Below, in pieces: positions 1-13,227 of a stretch of DNA of 64,000 nt (the first letter of the stretch is position 1; each line of letters opens with the position of its first letter). A program made the position numbers and the translations under genes. The stretch covers positions 62,186,001 through 62,250,000 of the forward strand of contig OZ024745.1 in assembly GCA_964016885.1 (NCBI GenBank), written 5' to 3'. Under the pieces are notes generated by a model. It saw nothing but the letters and a program-made list of their open reading frames with translations, had not been told where the DNA came from and did not search any database. The stretch comes from Eledone cirrhosa (Eukaryota).

Positions 1-2
1 AG

Positions 3-33
<31 letters not shown>

Positions 34-1961
34 GTTATATTTTCCTTTGATTTCGTTTCATGTGCAAAGACTACCGTGTATTAACCAGATACTTAGGGCA
101 GACAGTTTTCGATAACAGTTTTTTCAATTTGTTCCGCCCTCACATTCACTCAACAAGTCACATCACAAAAGTTGATTGGTAAATAAGTTTTTCAAAAATG
201 TGAAGGTAGGTATAGGAAGAGATAAAGCGAAACATTAAGGAGTATAAAAGATTTGAATTAATTTTGCATTAAGGATATTTGAATGGTATTAAATATTAAT
301 AAAATGTGCTCTAAAAATTAAACACAAAAGATTGTGTTGACGTATATTATAAGACAGATATTTACGAAATGTGTGGGCTGTTTTCGTGAGAACTAACTTT
401 TGGATATCATAGATGCTAGGTTTACCAAATATGATTTCTAGAAGCTGTTGAACACATTTTCTATGGCACCTAGAGAGATGCAACAGATTGTGATTTTTAT
501 GTTTAATACATTATAGATGTAGACAGGCAAATATCATATACTGGTAATCAAATTATTTAACAATTATTATTTCTATCCGACTTCACTTTATCTCTGTAGA
601 CAAAAATAAAAACGTATATGTAAAATGTCTGATGCAGTCACTCTTAGGAACATACTAAATTGCATAAGAAATATATATTATGGGTTTCTTCGTTCTGGCT
701 GTAATTCCTCGATCAACAACAGAAAGAAACACAAGTATCATATTTCGAGCTAGTGAACTGAGAGTAACTAAAAGTTAGGTCATTGACTATGCATATATGC
801 AGCTCCTCATTCACATTTTATTACAGATATTCATTTACATTATTCTAAAAACAAAGCTACGTCAAAAAATATATTTAATTTACATTAAAAGAAGTTTGAA
901 TATAATATGGCATATACAATGTAATTTGAAATATGCTTTAAATTAAATGAAAACTGAACATTATTTCAATTATAATGCTTGCTTTGTAACTTTTAAATTT
1001 AATTTTCTTACTGTAATACATCACATTTTATAGGTTGCTGTAACGTAGAAAAATGAAATTAAAAATAAAAGTTGTATTTCTGAGATAATGATTAAAAGTG
1101 AAATATGAACAAAAAATGAAGTAATTTTAAAATAATTTCCCTGCAGACATAGGTCTTTATTTAAAGATTATAATTAAAATTTAGTTTTTGATATTTTAAC
1201 TGTGAATATTCTAGAGAACTTGTGAGAAAATCTGTGTGAAGGGAAACGATGCTTCACAAACAAAATTATAATAAGATCCTTTGAACTAAGGAAGACGTAG
1301 ATACGGAAGAATGGTGTAGTGTTTCATAACTTTAGGCGTTACAAAAACCTTTAGATATCAATCTTGAAAGAAGTAGTTTTGTGCTAAATCTGTTGATATT
1401 GTTTTCAACAGTTGTGAGTTTGGAACAACCAAATTGTAATAGTATATATGATTTAGAATAAGACTTGATTATGCGTGGTTTTTTAGTAAAAGAGTGTAGC
1501 ATTTGACAGGATTCTGATATAGCCTGGTTTATTTAAACAATTTGCACTTTTCAAATTAGTAAATAAGCATCGTATTATCAATAAAACATTTGTAAAACGA
1601 CAAAATGTATTCTAATAACAATTTTCTATATCATAACGTGTCATGAAACAGCAAGATTGTAGCCCTCTGAATTCATTGGATAGATGTTAGCAAAATTTCA
1701 CGGTCCCATATTTAAAACAGTTAGCTTACAATTTCTAATAAAAGAGAAATTGTAGAAGTAACCGCAATTTCTTTCGGGCAAAAGAGGAAATAAATGTTAT
1801 TTAGGTAATGAAAACTGCCTACAACCATATAGAGTATATGTGTTCCATAATACAAGAATTCACACGGATATAAAAAAAAAACGAAATTACTGTGATGAAT
1901 TTGCTGTTAATACAATTTTACCATGAGTAATTATATCATCTATTCCGAAACTTCGTGTTGG

Positions 1962-2125
<164 letters not shown>

Positions 2126-2320
2126 CATATATATATTATGGGTAATAGTAAATATTACCCAATATATATATATATTCAGGTTTGAGGTTCACCACTGGAT
2201 ATAGCTGGTCGATTCCGGGCGACCGGCAAAAGTGGAAAGATGCTAGATGTCGGTCGTCCTCCGGTCTTTGATTTTCAGCCCCATGGATTTCATCTATGAC
2301 ATTTATTTATTATATTTCGA

Positions 2321-2378
2321 ATACCTGATGATATCACCGGATTCATACGGAACCCGGTCATTGAAATGATCATAGTAT
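2321..2378 (+). ncRNA. Type I hammerhead ribozyme motif (minimal, palindromic stem III)
   Basis: atac-CTGATGA(2325-2331)-stem II accgg/ccggt-GAAA(2363-2366)-tgatca-TA-gtat. Stem I is atac/gtat. Lies in a ~290-bp segment flanked by (TA)n. Confidence 0.8.
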
Positions 2379-2429
2379 AATAAACCTTTCAAGGATTTAC
2401 ACAAGTCCAGCCTCCTGTCATTTTATTAT

Positions 2430-2480
<51 letters not shown>

Positions 2481-2485
2481 TGTAT

Positions 2486-2607
2486 ATAAATATAGATGAT
2501 GATGTGCTCACGCGCAGTGAGGCTATAAATATAAATGATGATGTGCTCATGCGGAGTGAGGCTATAAATATAAATGATGATGTGCTCATGCGGAGTGAGG
2601 CTATAAA
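2486..2607. repeat. Tandem repeat, 3 x 39 bp
   Basis: Unit ataaatataaatgatgatgtgctcatgcggagtgaggct starts at 2486, 2525 and 2564. Confidence 0.9.
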
Positions 2608-2914
2608 GATAGCTTATAAAATAGGGCGAATTCCCTTAAAATAAGAAAAAAAACGACAATTTTCCATCACCGCTATAAGGAATTGAACTCTCAGATGCTG
2701 TTATATTTGGTCGAGAACACCAGCATGCAGCGGTTTTTACAAGAAAACAATTTAACCTAATAACAAATAGCTTGTTAATCAAAAACGAAGAAAGCATGCT
2801 TTGCTAACATCAATCTTTGTACATGTTATAAAGATACTTTATATATATATATATATATACCAGGTGCGCTTTTGAGAGCCTTTTGTTTATCATTTTTCTT
2901 ATATATATATATAT

Positions 2915-3005
2915 CATGAGGTTGTCATTTCGATTCCTGGAACGGGCGATGCGTTATTTCCTTGAGCAAGACACTTTATTTGACGTTGCTCCTTCTACCT
3001 GGAGT
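2915..3005 (+). mobile_element. Degenerate SINE fragment (second family)
   Basis: B-box-like ttcgattcc followed by ccttgagcaagacactt, a motif typical of conserved SINE central domains. A possibly related minus-strand remnant lies at ~30740-30945. Confidence 0.45.
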
Positions 3006-3129
3006 TGCGACCGATAGATAGTACTAGCAATTGTAAACATTATTTCTTCTGTCCGATTTGACGAAAGTCGATCGACAAAAGAAAAGAAATACACACACGT
3101 ACACACACACACGCACACACACACACACG

Positions 3130-3178
<49 letters not shown>

Positions 3179-3219
3179 ATATTAAATAAATGGAAACTAT
3201 ATTTATAAAACCACATTTA

Positions 3220-3276
3220 TTCTATTATATATATTTCAAGGGTACCAACACTTTGGTACTCTGTCATCAGATAAAA
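3220..3276 (-). ncRNA. Type I hammerhead ribozyme motif
   Basis: Minus strand: ttttat-CTGATGA-..gtacca/tggtac..-GAAA-tatatata-TA-atagaa. Confidence 0.75.
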
Positions 3277-3437
3277 TACGAAGTGTGTTTTATAAATTTT
3301 GACATAACCAAGGAAAACATCTTATCGGTTCAAGTTTTCCTTGGATAGGAAACTTGGATAGTTTCCTGTCCAAGGAAAACTTGAACCGATAAGGAATTTT
3401 CCTTGGTTATGTCAAAATTTATAAAACACACTTCGTA

Positions 3438-3494
3438 TTTTATCTGATGAAAGCGTACAAAAGTTTTAGTAGCCTTGAAATATGTATAATAGAA
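3438..3494 (+). ncRNA. Type I hammerhead ribozyme motif (weakened stem II)
   Basis: ttttat-CTGATGA(3444-3450)...GAAA(3477-3480)-tatgta-TA-atagaa. Confidence 0.65.
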
Positions 3495-3632
3495 TAAATA
3501 TGGTTTTATAAATATAGTTTCCATTTATTTAATATCATAAAATATTATACTCTAGAAAACTTGTCGGGGGCTCTGAATCAGATATAAACATTTATATTTG
3601 TTGAATTACCAACAAATTGAATATCCATTCTG

Positions 3633-3676
<44 letters not shown>

Positions 3677-4199
3677 TAAGTATGTATACGTACATACATA
3701 TATGTGTACAGACGTACAGTAGTATGTATATAAATACATACATCCACACATATATATATGTACGTATGGGTTTACCGAACACTTATTATAATGTTCGGTT
3801 TGTTTGTAAACAAACATCCCGAATTAAGCCGTACAGTCTTCGGCAACCATCGTTGACATTTTGTTCAACACTGACAAAGGGACGATGAACTAGTTTCAAG
3901 CTTATTAGCCATCGTCAACATCGTATACCTTCCTGTCAGATTATTGAACATTTGAAAGTATATACTTTCCTTATGCATATCAACCGCTGAGCAGCCCAAT
4001 TTGCATATCGAGTGAGCTAGTCGGCCGGGCGCACGGAAAACGATACATGCAAAAAAAATAAAATGAAATTTCATTTCTCACTCTTAGTACGGCTAATACT
4101 TAAATATAAGTATGTGTACGTACATACATATATATGTATACAAACGTACTGTAGTATCTATATATATATACATGTACACATATATATATATGTACGTAT

Positions 4200-5379
4200 G
4201 AGGAAGTGCATATCGCACCTTTTTAAGCAACACGGCTTAGATCCTAGCACTAAGACGGTGAATTTCCTGGACGTTACTCTGGAAATGAATACGAACATCC
4301 ACCGACCTTATCACAAGCCCAATGAGAACCTGCAATATGTGAACAGGCAATCGAACCACCCCAAGTCAGTCATAGAAGCAATAGTTAAAGGGGTGTCTAA
4401 ACGCGTATCCACCCAGTCGGCCAACGCAGATGTGTTCAACCAGCACGCCGACTATTGTAATGAGGCACTGCGCAGGGCCGGTTACACAGAAAGCATAGCG
4501 TACACCACAGACAGGAAAGAGCCTAGTACCGGGGCATGCAGATACGGCAATAGCAGTGGCACTTCCATAGGTAGAAGAAACGACCCGGAAATAACCCCCA
4601 AGAACACGAGTAGCAGCATAGATCACCATAAGGACACAGGACCGACAATAGGACAGACGAAGACTCACACGGGCGACAGACCACCCAGAACACGTAGACA
4701 AAAGCCCGGCACGCACACCACACGCGTCACGGAAACTAGAACTAGGGACAGGGTAAGGACAAGTACGGCCGTGGCACCCGGTAGAGGAAACACCTGGCCC
4801 GGTAGCAATGGTATAGCCCCGACAACAGCACCACATAGCATTAACGAGACTAACAGTAGAGCCGACAATACAAAACGGAATATTTTAGTAGGCGAAAGAC
4901 GTAACCCTGACGCCCACAGTAGACATATAGATTGAGGCAACACAGGGGACGAAATAATAGGCGGGCAAAACCCGAGACGGACACCAAACCCAAAACGCAT
5001 TTACGCTGCTACACACACACGAAAGAACATCCACGACCTTTAAATCGCGGATATATAACCACACAAACTCTTTCAAGGACCGGAGTAAGAGGCACTCTAC
5101 TAGGCTGGCGGACCTGGTGTGGGATTGAAAGACAAGTATGCGCTTAACTGGAGTATTGTTCGGCACGCGAATGCATACTCGGCTGGAAACAGAAAGTGTA
5201 GGCTATGCCTATACGAGGCCATGGAGATAGCCAGACTGAAGTATGATGCGGTCAACCTGAAATCGGAAATAATCATGACGTGCAGACCCCAGAGAAGGTG
5301 CACACTCTCCGCATGGAATCCACCAGGACAGGTTGACCCGGATTCCACTGACTTTCAGTTAAATGCATTACACCTATAG
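4200..5379 (+). pseudogene. Penelope-like element ORF remnant: RT C-terminus/thumb plus GIY-YIG endonuclease C-terminus, frameshifted and internally deleted
   Basis: VNFLDVTL, YHKPN..YVNRQSNHP, NEALRRAGY. An unlisted frame from 5027 reads TSTTFKSRIYNHTNSFKDRSKRHSTRLADLVWD, then YALNWSIV..KCRLCLYEAMEI..NLKSEIIMTCR. Confidence 0.85.
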
Positions 5380-5661
5380 GACAATATACCTCAACCACAG
5401 TGACAGACTCCAGTATGGCCGGTCCACGCACCCCCATGCATGTGTATCTTTTCAATAGAGAGTCCATGCTCTCCACGTATTCCATCTTGTAACACATATT
5501 ATATGTTCTGTATATCTCATGATCCTCCTGTGTATTATCTCATACGCATACATGTTCCTCCTTCCTTTATTATATATCTCTATGTGTATACTCTATATGT
5601 ATACTTTTAATATATTGCATGTTTATTTTATATATGTGTATATACGTATGTGTATATACTG

Positions 5662-5701
<40 letters not shown>

Positions 5702-5973
5702 ATATGTGTATGTATATGGTTATATTGTTTATATATGTGAATGCCTATAACAAGATGCATCATTTCATGTATGACCCATTGTACGACCCATTGTGTCTCT
5801 TTATATGACTTTGTGTATATATCCTATTTGTGTATATATATATATGTATATATCTTTGTAGCGTGCGTGGGTCTGTATGTGAATATACGCATATTTGTAA
5901 GAGTGCATTTGAGCCAGTGTGTGTATGTGTGTGTGCACAAGCACCCAATGTAGCGAAAGAGCTTGTTTGTGTG

Positions 5974-6012
<39 letters not shown>

Positions 6013-6027
6013 ATGTGTGTGTGTGTG

Positions 6028-6097
<70 letters not shown>

Positions 6098-6944
6098 TGA
6101 GCGAGTCTGTATCTGTGCCTGTATACGGGCATGTAGGCAGTCGTCTGTGTATGCATATGTCTATAGTCTTTTATATGTTCTCCTTAAGTGTGTGTGTGTA
6201 TAGCGGGAGTCTATGCGTACGGATGTTATCTATGTGATTGTGTGTGTGTGTGTGCGTGTATGTGCGTCTGTGTAAGTGCGCGCGTGGACGTGTGAACTAC
6301 CAAACCCAATAGTAATTCATCGAATTGTGGCAGAAAGGCACAGGTGATGGTCAGTCAAATGACACCTGTTGGTCAGAATTACGACGACGTAGAAAAACAG
6401 CAGCCCATAACAGGAAGCGCAAAGAGGATGTTTTTGACGCTAACACCCCAGTGAGAGAATTTGCTCCGAAATCATTAGACGTGTCCGTCGAACCTACGGA
6501 TCCAGAATCAGACAGATACACACAATAATCGTGTCTCGAGCTGTCCGCCGGAGAAACAATTGTAACACACAATAAATTGAGTTCAGATGCATCACGGATG
6601 TTTCGTTTTATATTATATATATTACTGATCCTGACACAAAGACATAATTCAATGATGCATATATATAGAAGCACATACGCAGAATGCCCCCCCCCCCATA
6701 CACACAAACTAGCACACACACATATTTCTTTGTGCGTTTGGGTGTATTTCTGTTTATGTGAATTTTGTTAAGGCTACACTTAAGTCTTATTACTCAGTAG
6801 GTGTGCCTGTTTATCACATGATCCTCAAGGGAAACTCCAGAGTAACTCTATTCACTACGTGATCTTAATAAAATCAATATTTAATCTCTACTTCGCTATT
6901 GAGTAATCTTTTCTTGCAGCCGTCTACCAGATACGGATACATAC

Positions 6945-7550
<606 letters not shown>

Positions 7551-7605
7551 TATATATATATATATATATAATTATAAGTATATATATATTACTAGGAACT
7601 AGAGT

Positions 7606-7661
<56 letters not shown>

Positions 7662-7953
7662 GATTTGTGCGTTGGGTCGATTATGTGAGCGGCTATTGAA
7701 TAGTAAGTTCTTTCTGAGCTAGCAAAAACGTTGGTTTCCGACAAAATTTGCTATCACTAGTTCTGTTAACGTCATGATATTTTTCATCCGTCCCTTCTTT
7801 TATTTTGAGTTCTATACATCAAGCTTTTATCAACAATATTCCTAAAACCATATTCTACTTTTTAAGATATTAAAAATCTAATCAACCGAATGTGGAATGC
7901 TGTTGGCATTTTTGCAGTCTCATTTATTGCAAACTCATGTTGTAGCGTGATTA

Positions 7954-8058
7954 CGAGGTTGACTTTGCCTTTCATCCTTACGGGGTCGATAAAATAAAGT
8001 ACCAGTAATGCACTGGATAATTGCTGGCCTTGTGCCTAAAGTAGAAACAATTATTATT
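7954..8058 (+). mobile_element. tRNA-derived SINE, 5'-truncated copy
   Basis: Contains ctttcatccttacggggtcgataaaataaagtaccag and tgctggccttgtgcc, shared with the other copies. Confidence 0.8.
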
Positions 8059-8071
8059 TATACTAATACAA

Positions 8072-8293
8072 GGGCGGTGGATTGGCAGTATCGGTAGAGA
8101 GTCAGACGCCATGCTTTGCAGGATAGAGTTACGGTCTTTTATGATCTGTGTTCAAATACCGCCGAGGTTAACTTTGCCGTTCATCCTTACGGGGTCGATA
8201 AAATAAAGCACCAGTAACATACTGGGGTTTATTTATTTGACTTTCCCCTCTCCCCAAATTGCTGGCCTTGTGCCTATACTCGAAATCATTATT
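8072..8293 (+). mobile_element. tRNA-derived SINE, full-length-like (Nin/Deu-domain-like core)
   Basis: A-box-like ggattggcagtatcgg and B-box-like gttcaaat, core ttcatccttacggggtcgataaa, and an (ATT)-rich end. Multiple copies in the window. Confidence 0.85.
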
Positions 8294-9744
8294 TATACTA
8301 ATACACTATTCGTTCCAATTTTCGATCTTAATCTGATCTAAAATTTTCAGATGAAAGGTAAATAAGAAATCATCGCATAGAAACCACCAGGTCTCAAAAA
8401 TATGTTCTACTTGATAAACTCCTCTTGGAAATATATTCCCGTTTCTCATTGCGGGATCTTGATAGATAATATGTGATGATTGATCGAAACATATGTTGCT
8501 AAGACAATGAGAGACAAGAATACTATACTTGATATCGACTAAGTTATTATGCAAGTCGTTTAACTAATATCTGGAAGCCTTATAAACTGTGATGATGAAG
8601 GATTGCGATAGGTTCATATAAACAATGTTAATCAGAGTTTCTTAAACTTCAAAATTTGAAAGATATAAAACCGTATGTCTATTCCATATTACTTGTGTGT
8701 TTCAGAAAAATATCAATTATTGTTCCACAAGGCACACTATATTTTCTTAAATATTTACAAATTACACATGACAACTATTAGTCCTCTTTTAGTTTAGAAA
8801 AATTATATAAGTTGTAAAGATTAGGATTTCCTATCATTGATGATAAGTTATTGTTTCTAACTGAATATATATTATTTCCTGATATAAATCTAGTTATATC
8901 TGACGTAAAAGATGATATCAAATGTCAGTGATTGCTTTACATCGTGCACGCGTGTCATTTGAAGGAAATATAATTATGTGAAATTTAAGACAAAATATTT
9001 TACTTACAAATAATAACACAAAGAACGCAATGTATAGAATATTAGAAAATATTTCCATGATGAGAGAAAAACAAATACCCGCTGGGAATAGACATAAAAG
9101 ATGAACGTAGAAACCTGAAGTGTGTTTTCTAATGAAAGCAGAAGTTGAAGGTATATAATAGTGTTTTTATGCATAAGCGATTCTCAAGCGGAGTTGAATT
9201 ATACAAGTATATATGTATATATGTATGGAGGAATAATGAGATAAGTAAAAAGTAGATGTGTTATGCTTATGAATGATCGCGCAGAAACTTTTAATGAGAT
9301 ATTTGAAAGTTCCGGTGCAAAGACGCGTAAATGGAATGATTGAAAGTATGACAAGAAAGAGAGAAAATGAACATACTGGATTGGCATGAAATACACGGTA
9401 TTCATATTTAGCTATTGAAATCTTTTGAAAGCCTCCCGCACAGTTACATGGACATATTCATGCATTTAGAACTTTAAGAGCAGGCAAGCAATAATAGACA
9501 CGCTTTTGTTGGTGGTTAACAAACACATGTACGTATGTAAGATTTAAATGGCTCGGCTTCATACATGCATGCCATTATCCATCTAGAATACGGTCCATGT
9601 AATTTAATATAAAATTGGCTATTCTCAAACTTTGAATGCCATGAGTGAGAAAATCTCGGACACGGAAAACTACAAGCTTTACCAAATAACATTAGGATAT
9701 TCAGGAATTACAGGACCCCTTTGCTATTTTTCTCTCATAGCTAA

Positions 9745-9835
<91 letters not shown>

Positions 9836-11080
9836 CATTGCTGTGTGAATACTTAATTGCATGGAGGTGTTTAGATTCAAGTAAGCCCTTTCGGAATACA
9901 TCTTTCTACCGGGATAATACAGCGAGATATACTTCAGCATTCAATATATATTTCGTTAAATGTGTATAGTTGAATATCAGGATAATTTAGCTGCCAATGC
10001 TAGTACATTACAACATGTATAAATAAATGTAAAAACTTAATCTAGATTCATCACGTGATACGAAAAAGTAAATATCTTTATATGTGACTAAACATATCGC
10101 TTGGTTTAGTATAGATTTACATGTTGTAAGTGAGTTTCATAAAATACAGATTCTCCCTTGATGAATTCACAGCAGCGTTTGACGAATTACGAGTGAATCA
10201 TATATCCTAATAGGAAACAGGAACGCATAGGGTGGCATTGACCTTCTGACATGGAAAGGAGTGATTGGAAGGAACGGTGATCCCGATATAAATGTGGATA
10301 GATGCCTTATTAGAAATCTATTACGGTATCAGGATCTTTATTATGAACAATTTCTTTCGACACAATGACATCCTTAAATACACATGATATAAGGGAAATC
10401 GGGGACAAAGACCAGAAATTGATCTTAGTTATTTCTCTTTGATTCCGTTTTTGATAATATTCCTGTATAGGAGGGAATGAGGTACGAACTAATAACCGTC
10501 TAGGTATCTGCAACTTGAGAATAGTTAAATTCACCCCCACCCTCAAATCTGGATCTTGCACGATCTAAAAGATACTGTGAACTTTGCTAGCTAATGAGGA
10601 GTCAGAGGCACATGTTCTCTTAACTCTGTTGTGTCTCCTGTTCTAATCCCTTCGGCAAATTTAGTATTTCTTTTAATACGTGCTCTTTCTGTACCGTATT
10701 AGTTATTTTTTGTCTTTTATGATTGTGTTTATGACATTGTCCGATTTTTGCTAAATAAGATTTTTATAGTCCAGGGCCTCTAGTCCTAGCTTTCTGTTGC
10801 TTTTCAGACGTATAATAATTTTGTATAGCGATTTCTGGGATACATGTATTTAGTTTATGCTCTATAATGTTGAGCTAAGTATCATACATATTGAGTATTG
10901 TTCCATAGACTTAATTAGTAAATTTCCTTACGTGCAATTCTATGTCCTCGAAACAGTCACCTAGAAAATTTATACTTAAATAATTACAAATCTTTTAAAA
11001 CGCTTATTTTCTACAAACCCGCATTATACTCCTCAAAATGGAAATCCTAACATCGCTTTCCACTCTTCAACCGTACGTTC

Positions 11081-12530
11081 TTTGTTTATTTACATGTTAC
11101 AGGTTGGTTGTTTGTTCTATGTGCGTGTGTTTTTTCATTTTGTCCTTAATTGTAAGTTGTGATGTTGCTGTTCCACTCATGTTTTCTATTTAATTTTGGT
11201 TGTAATTCTTTTATGTTTATTGCCTCTGTGATTTGTCTAAACATTGCGTCTTTTCTGTGTGTAGATTCTATTTTTATTTCTATGTTCTCTAATTTACCCT
11301 TATGTTCCATTTTAGCATGTTGGTAGAGTACAGATGATTCTTTACTATCTTGAAGGTCGCCAGTGTTCATTTATTCGTTCCCTCTACTATCTTAATATTG
11401 AGTTTATGTTTATCACTAATGGGACCTGCCCCTTGTATAGGAGCACATTTTGGAATAGAATAGAAATAACTAGGAATAAGGTTAATAGAATAAACTCATG
11501 GTATGATAGCAATAAATACCAGAGTGTAATGTTCATCGATACAACCCCTAGAGGTGAATTAGCTTACAAATTTAGAAGGGCCCTAGATAAACATAAACTC
11601 AATATTAAGATAGTAGAAAGACCAGGTACCTCCATAAAAACACTTATTAGCAAGACATACCCTTTTCAAAGACCCCCCTGTATAGATAAGAAATGTATAA
11701 CCTGTAAATTAAGCCCCCATATTAACTGTAAATCTAGAAATGTAGTATATAGCATAATATGTACTGAAGGACAATGTAGAGACAAATATAGTGTACATAG
11801 GTGAGACAGCTCGTAGTGTAGGGGAACGGATAAAGGAACACTGGCGAGACCTTCAACATAGTAAAGAATCATCTGTACTCTACCTATATGCTAAAATAGA
11901 ACATAAGGGTAAATTAGAGAACATAGAAATAAAAATAGAATCTACACACAGAAAAGACGCAATGTTTAGACAAATCACAGAGGCAATAAACATAAAAAAT
12001 TACAACCAAAATTAAATAGAAAATATGAGTGGAACAGCAACATCACAACTTACAATTAAGGACAAAATGAAAACACACACGCACATAGAACAAACAACCA
12101 ACCTGTAACATGTACATAAACAAATAAATAAACGAATATAAACACACACAGACACCCGGATGTGGCGCATGCGCAGACTGAGCACACAACACACACACAG
12201 AAACAAGATGGCTTAGGACAGAACAAAGGAGAGGCACAAAAACAAAGAAAAGAATCTCCAGTCACTGAAGAGGTCACAGAATGTGTGACGAAAGAACTTT
12301 GACAATATATAAACAACTATCTGGTTGTGGAACCAACCAACCAACCAACCGGAAATTTATTTATAAATTCCTAAATTCCTAAATTTATAAATTTATTATA
12401 ATAAATTGAAGTGAAAGCAACTGGTGCGTGTGTTTCTTATTGGCAACATGACCCTCCCAAAGTATAACAATATCGGTTTCAACACACGTTTTCAGATATA
12501 GAATCTTGCTAAACAAATTCAGAAACGAAA
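11081..12530 (+). mobile_element. 5'-truncated Penelope-like element with inverted 5' pseudo-LTR (family B)
   Basis: GIY-YIG endonuclease at ~11430-12057 (C..C linker, NVVYSIIC...YIGETARSVGERIKEH...RQITEAINI...LNRKHEW, frameshifted). 11081-11390 is an inverted copy of ~11815-12125. The 3' end abuts (TA)n. Confidence 0.9.
12261..12303 (+). ncRNA. Hammerhead motif in family B pseudo-LTR
   Basis: gtca-CTGAAGA-g-gtcaca/tgtgac-GAAA-gaac-TT-tgac. One extra base between the core and stem II. Confidence 0.7.
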
Positions 12531-12548
12531 TATATATATATATATATA

Positions 12549-12946
12549 TTGTTATGCTTGGAGAGGGTCATATTTGTGTGATATTGCCAGACTAAATAAA
12601 GATGGCGTAGAAAATACAATGCAACGGGAGGAAACAATAGCACCACTGACGATGTTGCAGATGTGCAACGAAATGACTTTGATAAACTATATATATGTGT
12701 TTGTGTCTATATTGTATCTGTATTATTTTTGACCGTTGGTCAGTCAATGGCAACATTGAGCACCGAATAAATTAGTTTACCGATATAAAAGACACTGAAG
12801 CAAAAAGCGAAAACCAACCAAACAGTGAATGTGTTCTGTTATTAATTCTGGCAATATTACACAAATATGACCTTTCCCAAGTATAACAATATTTGTTTCG
12901 ACACACGATTTCATATAAAAAACCTCGCAAAACTAATTCATCGCAG
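12549..12946 (+). mobile_element. Short PLE pseudo-LTR element related to family B, with short inverted 5' arm and HHR
   Basis: 12549-12590 is inverted relative to ~12848-12890. HHR-like CTGACGA-t-gttgca/tgcaac-GAAA at 12646-12673. A homologous copy lies at ~55720-56330. (TA)n flanks. Confidence 0.75.
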
Positions 12947-13001
<55 letters not shown>

Positions 13002-13050
13002 TTATTCAAAATATTAAGAAATGAAGATATTCACATAATCAAAATATATG

Positions 13051-13112
13051 CTTTATTATATATATTTCGAAGGTACTGTGTTGTTTTTTCAGTACGCCCT
13101 CGTCAGATAAAA
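13051..13112 (-). ncRNA. Type I hammerhead ribozyme motif
   Basis: Minus strand: ttttat-CTGACGA-gg..gtactg/cagtac..-GAAA-tatata-TA-ataaag. Confidence 0.8.
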
Positions 13113-13165
13113 TATATGATTTGATATATGACATACCTCTAAAGTCTTGACATACCTCTACAATA

Positions 13166-13227
13166 TTTTATCTGACGAGGACGTACTGAAAAAACAATAC
13201 AGTACCTTCGAAATATATATAATAAAG
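13166..13227 (+). ncRNA. Type I hammerhead ribozyme motif
   Basis: ttttat-CTGACGA(13172-13178)-..gtactg/cagtac..-GAAA(13210-13213)-tatata-TA-ataaag. Confidence 0.8.

Larger units (their letters stand above)
3176..3635. mobile_element. Fold-back non-autonomous PLE-like element (family A) with two inverted HHRs
   Basis: Arms 3176-3354 and 3360-3538 are reverse complements around a 5-nt loop, followed by an unpaired tail (3539-3635). (TA)n on both sides. Confidence 0.8.

Noticed and set aside
2486-2607. CRISPR-like array or box C/D snoRNA
   Set aside because: Head-to-tail units without unique spacers, eukaryotic context, and no box D or terminal stem.
6810-6850. Possible HHR (gaaactccagagta, same stem III as 13424)
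   Set aside because: No CUGANGA upstream. At best a decayed remnant, so it was not counted.
8072-8165. tRNA gene
   Set aside because: Only A/B-box-like remnants of a SINE head, with no cloverleaf.
10155-10235. HHR-like TTGATGA..GAAA
   Set aside because: Stem II and III geometry is not consistent with a hammerhead.
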